From Rhizodiscina lignyota (lineage: Eukaryota), in contig ML978125.1 of NCBI GenBank assembly GCA_010015805.1, positions 186,001 to 250,000 on the forward strand: a stretch of 64,000 bases of DNA. The letters run 5' to 3'. This document shows positions 23,196-34,655 of this stretch, piece by piece. The notes beneath the pieces were generated by a model. That model saw only the letters and a list, made by a program, of their open reading frames with translations, was not told the origin of the DNA and searched no databases. Positions within the stretch are counted from its first letter, which is position 1. Every line of letters starts with the position of its first letter. The translations under genes and the position numbers were made by a program.

Positions 23196-23865
23196 GCGCG
23201 GCATTTTGTCTTTTCTTTCTTTTCTGGTGGAGGGCTCGACTAATTGATTTTCCTCTTCTTGACGATTACGATTCATTCTCTTCTCAATGCTCATGTCTTC
23301 TTGCAAGCGGAACTGCTTACAAGAACAATAATTTCTTCACTCCTGTCTTTCTTTGTCTTCGGTCGACACAGCATGCCACGATACCAGTTGGGTATCGTGT
23401 CATGCAATGTGACTTGACGCGTCGATAGTCGAGCGACGGGCGGGGTGTGTGTTGTGGTTTTCCATGGCAAGTATTTACTCGAGTGTGTGGCATACGCCAC
23501 ACGACTCGATCAATCGCTTGTTTTTCACAAAGCTTTTCCTTCGACAAAGGATTTTGTTGTGTTGTTGCGATTGGCAGGCACTTTTTTCAACAACTCCACT
23601 TTGAAAACTTAAAACTCGTAAAGATCCTGTACTTTAGTCTTTGTCTTCTCTACTTGCATAGCGGAAACGGTCGAATGGGAACGTCTCATAGACTTTCACT
23701 TCACTGATATTTAAACCCCCAATCAAGCAGACGATGTCACTTAGTGACGATGCTGTGAGGTTTCGAGTATCCGAGACTGGCGTAAAAATTGATGAAGCTT
23801 GAAAAGAACCGGAGTCCGTGGATTTATATCGCACATCTATCGTCTAATACACATGTAGGCCATGC

Positions 23866-25722
23866 TCAACTTGATTCACCGTCATACGCCTCCACTGCAC
23901 AACCTTCAGATCCGCTATCTGGAGCCTCGAGGATTTTCCGGACACATTGGATCAGCCCGGCTACGGCCGGCTTCTCCCTGTTCTTCTCTAACTCGTGCAC
24001 TCTATCATTCACAGCTCTAGCCAGCTGATCTCTAGTCAAGTAGTACGTAAAGTACCCTTGAAGGTGGCGAACCCTCTCTTCGAATGCGCAAGGCTCATCA
24101 AACTCCAAAGCATACTCCTCCAAAACGCTATTTAAAAAGGAAAGTACAACATAGACGCTTGCGCAATATTCGGGGCGCATCTGACCCGATCGTAAATTGG
24201 GTATCGCATTTTTAAGCTCGTTGAAGGAAACTGTTGCCAGCGCCGCTAAGAGAATGGGGGTATGTTTTCGAGTCTGGCCAAGATCCCAAGGACGAAAAAG
24301 CAGTAATAAATGCCAGTCAAAATTATTTCCCGGCAGTCATAAATAGCTGAAGCAAGTACTAATTTGGGATATTGAAGGCGGCGGCGGCAATGACCTTTGG
24401 AAGCCAGGCATATGTCCACTACCCTTTCATGCAGCTCAAAGCCGAACAGCTGTAAAATCCTGTCGAAGTTGGGATCATGCTCAGTTTCGTTAATAAAAAT
24501 GTCCATATTGATCGCGTGCAGAATTTCTTTCAAGTTGTTGCATTCCCGATGCCCAGGACGAAATTCTTCTCCATCAAGTATGACTGAAAAGCTAACATCA
24601 GTGAACAGCATTTAAAAGGGAAGTGAAAACGGCCGGTACCATCATAGAGGACATTGAGTTCTTCGATATCCGCATCGAAGCAGGCCGTCCATTTGAATGT
24701 TTGCTGGGAGCGTGTGGCGACCGCTTTTCCAAGAACGTGTTGACACTCTTTGCAGGGAAAGCCACCCTCGCACTAAGTTGTCAATGGATTCTATGAACTC
24801 GTTGTCTTGACATACCTTTCTCTTCAGCTCTTTGCATCGAAAGCAGGGTCGCCTGTTCCTTTTCCGAGGTGCTTGTGTTTGTACGCCTAGCGCGAATGCG
24901 ATCTCATGATAGCATGTCTCCGGGATGCCAGCAGGAACTTTCCTCTTCCTCTTTGCATTTAGAATTGGTCCAAATTTGACTCCTTCGAGCCGTCCCTGAG
25001 CTTTTGGACTCTGCCCTCCAAGCAAGGTCGCATACCAGGGATCCGATGTTGTTCTGCGACAGGACGAAGAGGGTTCTGCCTGTGGATGGTGGGAGATCGA
25101 GAACTTTGTGTGAATGGGAGCATACCACAGCAGCCAGAATTCAATTGCTGGTCTTGTTCTGAGCCGGCTTCGGCAAGAGAGTCCGAGGATGTCCAGCTAG
25201 ACGGAGAGGCAGGGTTAATCCGGGCTTGTATTGCGAAGTTGGCAGTGATGTTGAGTCGGTGGAGACGCTATGAGAGTAATTTCGAGGTGCCTGGACACCG
25301 TTCATGTGTTGATTTGTTTCCTCAAAGCTTGTTGGTGGTGTTATGGAGTGGTCCTGCTGAGCCCAACCAACGTTATTGATGAACCAATTTGCAGGGAGCC
25401 ATTCTATGTTTGTTGGCCATGTCGTGTTTGCAAGCGGCATGATAGGCGCGATGAGATTTGGCTGATGATGAGGGTTGCCAGAATCGAGCATTGCAATTAA
25501 GTGTAGTTCTTCGGCCATCCCGAGGGAGGCATCGTCGAGTGGTATGTCGCTTTCATCCAAGCCATGGCCATTTAGTGGAAACCGGAAAGAATCGGCCAGA
25601 GAAGGAATATTCTGATTCGAAGTCGACTGTTCCTCAGAGGATGTTCCTGGCTGGCCGACGTCGTCCATGAGATCGTCTAAATTCACGAGATCGAGCCATT
25701 CTTCGCGATTGCTAGATGCCAT
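23866..25722 (-). pseudogene. Zn(II)2Cys6 binuclear-cluster protein gene, apparently with a premature TGA
   Basis: Spliced CFRCKELKRK|CEGGFPCKEC...WTAC gives the six-Cys cluster across a GTATGT...TAG intron. Exon 1 (from 25722) has an in-frame TGA at 25141-25143, just before a candidate GTATGC...CAG intron (25080-25125) that restores the cluster frame. The 3' exon structure is uncertain. Confidence 0.55.
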
Positions 25723-26195
25723 GCTGGCTCAAGGACGATATTTTAGAGCATTTGAGTATTCAAAGTAGACATATGAGGATAATGATAAGAAGGACGGTTC
25801 CTTCTATAATGCAGAATTAAACAAGGCTAATATAGCTGAGTGCTCCAGCACAAGACATGACAGCCAGCCAACCACAGGCACTCATTCTCTTGCCGACTCC
25901 TGTTTGGGTTTAGCGTTGTCTGAGCGAACTACAGTTCCGCTGTGGCTTTGGAACTTTGGCCACTTTGTCTTCGTCAAGCCAAAAGGACTTGCTCAATGAG
26001 AACCTCATGTTCCTGCCGACTCTGTAAATGGCAACCGGCAATCTGGAGGACCAATGGTACTCCAACTCGAATACACTATAGTAGCGTGTTTCGTTCCACG
26101 CATATAACGATGCCCGCGTCTACTTGCTCAAGTCTCAACTGCTCTCCTGTCTCAGGCATATTATACAGTTCTTTTGATCCTTTGAAGAAATAGCA

Positions 26196-26414
26196 ATGAC
26201 TTCTTCCTTTGGAACAGATACATTCACTCTAGAAGTCAACGTCACGAACATTCTAGGTTCGCAATTGCAAAACAGCCAAAGTGGTTGGACTCATTCGTCC
26301 ATTATCGCTTTATCAACCCTGCTACTGAGCATCATCCTCGTGCCCTTCGGATGGATGGCCAAGAGGGTGTGGATGCGTCATCGTAAGCTAGTGGGCCCAA
26401 TTGTCATCTATTGA
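26196..26414 (+). CDS. Small single-pass membrane protein (orphan; may be spliced at its 3' end)
   Basis: WTHSSIIALSTLLLSIILVPFGW hydrophobic helix followed by basic residues, with a GTAAGC donor and a CTAAT...TAG acceptor downstream. Confidence 0.4.
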   Translation: MTSSFGTDTFTLEVNVTNILGSQLQNSQSGWTHSSIIALSTLLLSIILVPFGWMAKRVWMRHRKLVGPIVIY

Positions 26415-26916
26415 AAATCTCTAATGAGAGCTCTGTAGAAATTCGATCCCAGTCGGAGGGAAGAGGCCACCAAAGCACGAGCTATGAGGAGTCTCGAGAG
26501 TAGAAGGATCTACGCCCTCGCGATTTTCTACTAGATGACGACCGAAATTCGGCGACTGGTGTGGATTATCGACGCTCGATAACGGAACTCTGCGTTTTCG
26601 ATAGCTGGACTTCTTCAATGTCGCTAGGTTCGGGACAGTAGCAATTCATGGATCTGACGGGGTTGGATGGTGGTAGGTGGCCCAGGGCTGGGCAAGATAC
26701 AGTTCATCTCATGCATGTCGTGGGAACTAGCTTTGGGGAGGATGCTAGTCGCTTGAGGAGAGATGCGTCGATAGTGTATTTTCGAAATTGCCAACAAAAT
26801 GCGTCTATGTCTGATGTCTCTCCGACAATCAACTGAGGTCCAGTGAGACCCACAGTACAAAATATTCATATAGCCAAACCGGAATGTCCAACGCCGCTCC
26901 CTGTCATTGCCTCCGT

Positions 26917-27801
26917 CTATATCACTCCTGTCTTCCTAGCAACGTCAAAAGTTGCTTCAACAACCTTGTCTACATCGACAGCCTTTATCGGGACCCTATG
27001 GTTCCCATCCCACTCAACAAGCGTAACGCTCTTCGGATCACAATAATGATTCAACAACCTCCTATGCAAATGCAGACCCGGATCCAGCAGGCCATGCACA
27101 TGCACCGTTGGTATCCTCAACGTATGTCCCTGTGCATCCGCTTCTCCTTCATCTTCAGGCGCAGAGTCGAACCCCTCACTTATCTCCCCAGCATTTACAA
27201 GCCCATTTCTTCCTGCACTATACTCTGACAAGCTTACCAACGGCGCTCTTCCGGCCAACAGCACGCCAAACTTCCAAGTCGTCGGCTTGTCCATCAGCGC
27301 GCCTTCATCCCCTCTCTTCTTCGCCTCCTCCCTCACCTGCTGGTCGAACAGCAAGCAGGCGCTCAACTTTGCGCCCTGACTGAACCCCAGCAAGCCCACC
27401 CACTCGCCATCCGCGCCCAGCGCATCGTCATCGTCCATTGCCGTCCGTAGCTGAAACCATATCTCATCCACGGCTGATTCGGCGTCGATAGCCGCATGTG
27501 TGGGTAGCCAGCGCAGCCAGCGCCGGTAGGGTCCAAAGTTTGCATAGACAGGGACGATGCCTGGACCGGGATCGCAGTAGAAGGGACCGTCGGAGAAGAC
27601 GAGACGGAAGGTAGGTGAGAGTTTGGCGATTAAGGCGCGAGCTTGGAGACGCTGTGAAGCAGGTTAGCCATGGCACATGGATCCGTGAAGGATAGGCTTT
27701 AGTAAACGTACAAAGACTTCGCCAGTGACGCCGCCGCCATGTAAACAGAGTATGCGCGGGCTATGGAGCGTAGGATCGTCTTTCTTGCCGTTTGTGGTCA
27801 T
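26917..27801 (-). CDS. FSH1-family serine hydrolase (CitA/LovG-like esterase; intron 27652-27711)
   Basis: RILCLHGGG, nucleophile motif GFSQG, HVHGLLDPG (Asp) and WDGNHRVP (His) form a complete catalytic triad. Confidence 0.92.
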
Positions 27802-28488
27802 CTTGAAGACAGAGCGCGTGGAATCATTCCTTCACCGTGAGGTTTGCAGACAATGAGAGCAGAAAATGCGAATCAATGTTAGAGAGAGTATTCTAAATAC
27901 TACGGAGACCTTCAAGCACAGCAGCAACTTATGACAGCAGAATCAGGACAATATATACCAGCGCTGAAAGTGGATCTATTTCCACCCTCACGTAAGTCCC
28001 TGAGGGCCTAAGGAGCCGTAGGGCTGAGCCCAAAGTACGCGGGGACCCGATTCGCACGTGCAATGCATTTCGCCTTTCGCACAAAGGCACGAAGGAACGA
28101 TCATGGTCCGCTGACGACAAGATCCATCAGGTTCGGTTCACTCTTATTTTAATTGCATTGACCTACTTACCGCGCTGTGGAGTACAAGAAGGCCAACAAC
28201 GGGTCGTAGTGGAACTCACCAACATCAGTCGATACTGGAGCTGGCATTCATGGAGGCACGGACGGCCCGGACCATTGCCATCAGATTTAGCATCAACGGA
28301 ATATTTGCTATCGCTTAACATGCTACTCCGTAGGATCTTGTTTAACGAAGTCAAAGTCTGCTGTGCCAGCTCGCACTCCAACCAATCCAAGAGCTTCGCG
28401 GTATTGGTTACACGACAGAGCCGCGGAGCATTGTCATAGCCTCCTGCTCTAAACAGGGTGTTTCGTCACTTTGGACTTATTTCGCCAT

Positions 28489-30260
28489 CTACTTTGCACC
28501 TGCAGCTTTCCAAGCTGCGCCTCTTCGGCTACTCCTCGACTGTGGCTTTCCGCCTTTCCCCTTTTTCGTCTTTAGTCTCGGCTTTTGACCACTGCTTGCT
28601 CTTTGACCTTCGAAAACGAAGGCCTCTGGAGGTTTAATTGACGGCTTTGAATCCACAGGTCTTTTACGGGGCGCACTTCCCAGTTTCGCGGCGCCGGCCT
28701 TTCCAAGCAACCTTCCGGCTCGGCCTTGGAGGGACTGCTGCTCTGATGTGATCTTAGGCCGATACACACCACTCTGAGGAGCCCGAGAGTAATTAGATTG
28801 CCTAGAACTATTCTTCTGATTCCGCTTCATGCCTTTGGCGCGAACTACGCGCAGCTTTCGAGGTAGCATTGGCGGAAACTTCTTGTCATTGAACAGCAGT
28901 GCTGCTTCCACAGCATTTTCATCCTACGACGCACTCGTCAGCCAAATGACCTTACGACCATCCTTATTGATGTACTCACAGTGAATTGCACATAGGCAAA
29001 GCCTTTCCCGACGCGAGTCTTCGCGTCTCTGACGACTCTGACGCTCTCAACTATCCCAGCCTTGCCGAATTCCCTCCACAGTCCTTCCTCAACGTCACTT
29101 GGTTCCTTGTGCTTCTTTTTCTTCTTCTGGCCATCTTCGTCTTCGGCCTTCTGCATGAGGCTCTCGTCATCAACAAATCCTAAATTGCCTACGAAGACAC
29201 ATCGGCGATGATCGACTTTTGCAGGGTGTGCCACTTCGTCAACTCGAAGATAGCGATCTAGTATCACCGTTCCATTGAGATGCTTCGCTGCCTCTCTAGC
29301 ACCTTCTTTGGTCGAGTATACAGCATACGCATTGGTGCTCTTTGTCGTGGCATCCATGAGCTCCTGCTTCGCGAATGCAGCTCGTTTTGGAATTGCGCTC
29401 GCAAACGCAGTAGACCGGAATCGAAGAGATTCTAGCTTGTGGGGCGGTGTATGGGTCTCTAAGGACGAAAGATGGGAAGACAGGTGCGCCAGAAGTTTCT
29501 TGCGCGCCGACTTCGAGGTTATTGCAGTACTCGACACATTGCCGAGGAATACGGTGCGAGCAGCCTTTTCAAGATCGGAAGCTTCACCCGTGAGAGTCTC
29601 ATGCTGAGGTGGAGAAGATGCTTCTGCGAGGTCGTCAGAGTCCTCGGCTTCCTCCATCCCCGCATCGGAATCCACAGCCTCTGGCTCGGGATCTGTCTTC
29701 TGCCTCTTTAAATCGCGCTCAGCCTTGCGCTTCGCTGCATCTCTCGCCTCTTGCTTCGCAAGCCGCTGTAGATACTGCTCCTCCAAATCATCGTCCAGAT
29801 GCTTCCGCTTGCGATTCTTGGTCGAGCCGGTGGCTTTCTCCTCGCCATTCACCTCAATGCCGAAAGCGCTCTTCTTAGTGCTGCTGACAAGCTCCAGTTC
29901 TGCACCTCCACTGACATCGCTTTCCTCCACATCCGAGGCTTGCTCATTCTCATCCTCGTCCGGCTCTTCGTTCGAGTCTTCTTCCGAAGCAAGGTCTTCG
30001 ACTTCTTCGACAGGGCGTGCAGTGTCTTTTCCAAGGCGCTTGGAGCTTAAGACTTCATTTGAAACACTTCTCTGAGGTTTCTCGACAGGGCCAAGCTGCA
30101 ATGGCAGTCAGAATCTCTAGTCACGATTGCTTCGAGGACGACTTACACTAGCGGAGAACAGAGAATCGAGGGTAGGGTCCACGGCGGTTCCTTGCGCTAG
30201 AAAGGAGAGCCCAGAAGCAGACTCTTTAGCTTTCGAAACTTTTACACCCTTCTTCCCCAT
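28489..30260 (-). CDS. NOP12: Nucleolar RRM protein Nop12 (two introns)
   Basis: RTVFLGNVS, ESLRFRS, NAYAVY, RCVFVGNLGF and VESVRVVRDAKTRVGKGFAYVQF, with C-terminal FVFEGQRAS. Confidence 0.93.
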
Positions 30261-31135
30261 TGCGGCGTCGAGGGGATTGTTTCTTGCAAAAGTTCGCTTT
30301 TCAGGCGTCTCCAACTTTTTTATGGAGAAGCGCAATCGGCGCTTCGGGGAAAAGTTGATCCACCACGTGCGGCATTCAATCGGCTTGCTGGGGCTGGGTG
30401 GGCAAGTGACGGGGTGTGGGCAAGCTTCCCTTCTTCACAACGCTCACCACTCGCTGCGCCAGAAAACCGCGTCTTCCACCTCGAACACCTTCAAATTGTC
30501 CATCAGACGCTCCCGCGCTCATCGCCTTTTCACCAGTACCCTCACATTACACCACTCACGAGCCCACCGCCGCTCTGCACCGTACTCTGCCGTCGCCGAC
30601 CACACTCCACGCTCCCACACAAAGCCGGCTGCTGATCGAACACAATCATACGCTTCGAGAGACAAATCCTGTCATCTGACAGGTTTGTTCTCGCAAATTC
30701 CAGCTTTGTGGGTAGAAAGCGCTGGTGATGCCAATACCGGCGCGGAGGAGCAGGTCCATCACGGCCGATCTTGCGCAGCACACATCCACAAGCAGTGAGT
30801 GTTCTACTTTACCATCGAAGGCTTCCGATCAGTCTCCATATGCATTATACCGTTATTGCCTGCGCTAGAATCGAGTTTTGAGACCTTCGCACCCTCGGGT
30901 TGTTGCCGCGACTCATTGTACCGGTCGCGCTTAGCCACAAGTTTTCGACGAACCTTAGCACCCATCTACACCATACAATATACGCATTGTATGAGATCGG
31001 CTAACACAATGTTTTTCCAACTCAGATCTTACACCTCCAGAACCCTCCCTTTCACGAACCTCAACCTTTTCACCCAGCCACCCCACCCTAGCGACCGACA
31101 CCGACCCTCTAGACAACAGCACGAGCAACACAACA

Positions 31136-33422
31136 ATGACAACCACTATGACAACACAGAGATCTTCGAAGGAGATTGATGAGCCAGGCGGCCCTACCAC
31201 CTTTCACATCGATTCCGCCCACGACGCTATGGACAGCAGGTCCAGCAGTCTGAGCGACCTCGAGGATGCGCAAGAAGAACAGGCCATGACATCACCCGAC
31301 TTTCTGGCTACAAATGTCCAGGCAGAACCAGAGAATGATTCCGAAGCGGAGACTGAACGCTTGGATCAATCAACGCCGAAGCCGAGGCGCGCCACACTGA
31401 GCGACGGAAAGTACACAGGCGAGAAAACTCCTAGCGCGCTGTCCAGACAGATTGACGCGGATAGTGAGATGGACGAAGACGGTTCGCCATCTATGCGCGT
31501 CCGCCAGGAAGACTTTGAGGACGCCTTAGAAGATGACGAGGATGCCGCACCTGGTCTTGGCGAACCCTCACCACCGCGAAAGCGGAAGCGTTCAAGCTCT
31601 GAGGGCAGTCCATTGAGCGATGCGATGGACATTGATGAGCCTGCCAGGAAGCGAGCTCACCAGGCGGAAGAAGAAGATGAGGACGAAGAAGTGGTGGAGG
31701 AAGACGAAGAGAACGAAGCCATAGTGGACGAAGACATGGAGGCTCCTGAAGAAATCTCACCAGATGACGAGGAGCCAGAGCTTCCAAATGGCGATGTCAT
31801 TCCGGAGCCAATCGAAGGCATACAGATGCAGAACATTCGGCCGATGAAACCGACAAAAGGCAAAAAGGGTAAGAGGAAGGGAAGGAAGATAAAGGGAGTC
31901 GACGTTGAAGCAGACCATGGGGATGAAGTAGCTGGTGCACTGGAGGGTGATGCCGAGGACGTTGCTGAGCAAGATGTCGACGGAGATGGTGAAGACGAAG
32001 ATCCAGCTGCCGTTGACGAAGAGCGTATGAGCCTCACCAGGTCAAAATTTGAGGAAGATCAACTAACGATCTCAGTCACGAAGAAGAAGAATGCAATGGC
32101 ATCCATTGCTGACCTTGAGAAGCTGTTCATCGCTTTCCGACAAAAGTAAGTTGCCCCCATGCGACGCGCAGCTTCGCGACTTGTGCTGACTTTCCTTAGG
32201 CACGTTGAGAGCGAGCTCGCTGAAGTCACCAAACAGCAGCAACTCCTTAGGCAATCTATATGCATCCATCCCGACTACCTTGCACAGCTCAATGCTGTGA
32301 ACGCCCGCCGTGACGAGAAGGTCCAATACGAGGATACCCTCAAGAAGTTCAAGCTCCAGACAATAAGGACAACGTTGGTTGCCGAGAGGGAACAAATCGG
32401 ATCGCAGTACGTTCAGGAGGTCAGGGAGGTACGAGACCGCATGTTGGAGAAGGCGAACAAGCTTGTATACGAGATGCAGAGGGATCGCAGAAGATGGGGT
32501 GCGGATGATCGCAATCATCTCCGCATGTACAATCCCGATAGGCGACAACAAGTCAAGGACCAGACTCGGGTCAACCTCGAAGTCTCGATCCTGTCGGGTG
32601 TAGCGAAGTACGTCGGCTTCCCCGCAGCGCCTGACATCAGCGCAATCAGGAAAGACGACGCAGAAGACGATCTCCGAAAGATGGGCGTAAGTTCCGATCA
32701 GCAAGCATTTAAGTCTCTTGAAGTTTACTGAATCGTGGTAGATCAATCCTCGACCGGCCCAAGCCATCACCAACCGCCAATCTGCGAATGCCTTCGAACC
32801 GACCTCATCCACGAATCACACGAACCCTGAGCGGACAGCTGCAGCGGAAGAGTTCTATGAGCAAACGCCATGGGCAAACCCGCAGCATCCTTCCCACGCG
32901 CAACACGCACACGCAGCCTTCTACAATCCTCAGCGTCAGAGCTCGGGCACCTACGCGACTCCCGCCGGGCAAATACGCGTCGCAGACCGCGTCAACGGAT
33001 CTGCTTCGACAATTGACGCAATGTCCGGTCCGCCAAGCTCCGCGCTCGCACCAGGCTCTCACGCTGCATCTGAGCAGCACGCACAGCACATCGAAGAAAC
33101 ACCAGTCCCGGCATTCAGGCGTGTGGGCAGCGGTGCGTCGAGTGTACCGCCTCCTGGCTCCAAGCGCGACCTCAGCAACCTTGAGACGCTGCACACTTCC
33201 ACGCCGGGCCCAGTCAAGACCGTGCCTGGCCTCCCCACTGAGGCGTCTGCTGTCAACCAGGCCTTCCCAACGAGCGCATTGCATGTCGGTGATGCGAGGG
33301 AGGTCTATGAGACCCCGAGAATTACTGCTGACGTCGGTGATGATAGGTCTGTCGGCATCCTGGGTCAGGCGCCTCGTCCGTTTGCCGTGGGTGTTGGAGG
33401 TGGAAGCAGATTTGGAGGATGA
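31136..33422 (+). CDS. DEP1: Sds3-family Rpd3L subunit Dep1 (three introns)
   Basis: SRSSSLSDLE and ENDSEAETERL N-terminal motifs, an acidic region, an Sds3-like coiled coil with NLEVSILSGVAKYVGFPAAPDI, and EQTPWANPQHP. Confidence 0.85.
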
Positions 33423-34080
33423 TTGAGAGTGCTTCTGCGGAAGTGTGGAGGGTGTGAATACAACGATGAAGATTTGAGCATCACAGCGTGGCGCACTCTG
33501 CACTCTCCTGTCTTTCTTTATTTTCTGGACGGATGTCACGCGCGCGAATGCGCATTGCCTATATGACATTTGCGACGATTTGTTTTTGAGGCAAGGTCTT
33601 TGTGTTTGGATTTGTGGACCGTCGACAGGCATCCACTTGTATAGGACGTGGCTACGTTCTTGCGGTCTTCTTCCCTTTCTTCTCTTTCGGATTCAGCTGT
33701 CTCGCGCGCGAGCGTGCAATGCCGGTATCACGCTGCGAGGGTTTGTCTTTTATGGGTGCCTTTTGCGTTTGGATTCGTGGACTGTCGACAGACACCCACT
33801 TGCATAGGACGTCATACGTCTTGAGGATTTCTTTCACGTGTTTGTACTCATACGACTGACTCATTACGAGCTGCATAACGAATAGTTAGGCGAACGATTA
33901 AGTAGGCATGTCGCCTACTAAATGACAGTGGTTTGCTGATAGAGTTCGCGCAAGGCTAAGGAGTGCGCGCGCGATTTCAAGACTGGTCCGCCGTACAAAT
34001 ACGTACCAAACCAATAAAGTCTCTCCTGTGCTAAAATTGCAGTGCAAGACCATATCATTGGTAGATTCCCGCCTGCAGCT

Positions 34081-34321
34081 CAATCTCAGTGCTCAGAGGC
34101 TATCACGTGACCTCGGCCCTGGCATAATCGTACACGGCAAAAATAGACCTAAAGTACTACATATTTAAAATCTATAAGACCATAGTGAATCGATATAGAA
34201 TAATGTAGTCTACCTAGAAGTATATCACATATAACGTAGAAGAGGTCGAGGCCTTCTATAATCTTATTTCTCAGAGGCTCAGCCAGGCTAGGTCACGTGA
34301 GCCTCTGAGACACTGAGATTG
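34081..34321. mobile_element. MITE-like non-autonomous element, ~240 bp, with imperfect ~40-bp terminal inverted repeats
   Basis: The left end caatctcagtgctcagaggctatcacgtgacctcggccctggc matches the reverse complement of the right end, caatctcagtgtctcagaggctcacgtgacctagcctggc. The interior is AT- and TpA-rich and non-coding. No clear TSD. Confidence 0.7.
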
Positions 34322-34655
34322 CAGCGGCTCAAAAAGCTCTCGAGGATGGATTCCAATCCAATGAACCACAAGCACAAATATTGCATCCTTATCCCTCTGA
34401 AACAGATATTAACGAAGGCTGGGGATCAGCTAAGCGCTTTAGGCCTTATATGCGAAAGAGTTTCATAGTTGAAAGAACATGCTCTGGATGCTAATGATAC
34501 TCTGTATGAATTGTTAGACTGACAGCCCAAAAGTGATGCCGCAGACCAGATCCCTGAGTGCGTGCATTATTGGAAACGCCAACAAGTGACTGACTCCAAT
34601 CCATGCATTCTACACAGCCCATTCCCTTGAAGAACGCCAATGCCCGTTGCAATTC

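Noticed and set aside
30127..31135. ORFs between NOP12 and DEP1
   Set aside because: Consistent with a divergent promoter and a long 5' UTR; no protein features.
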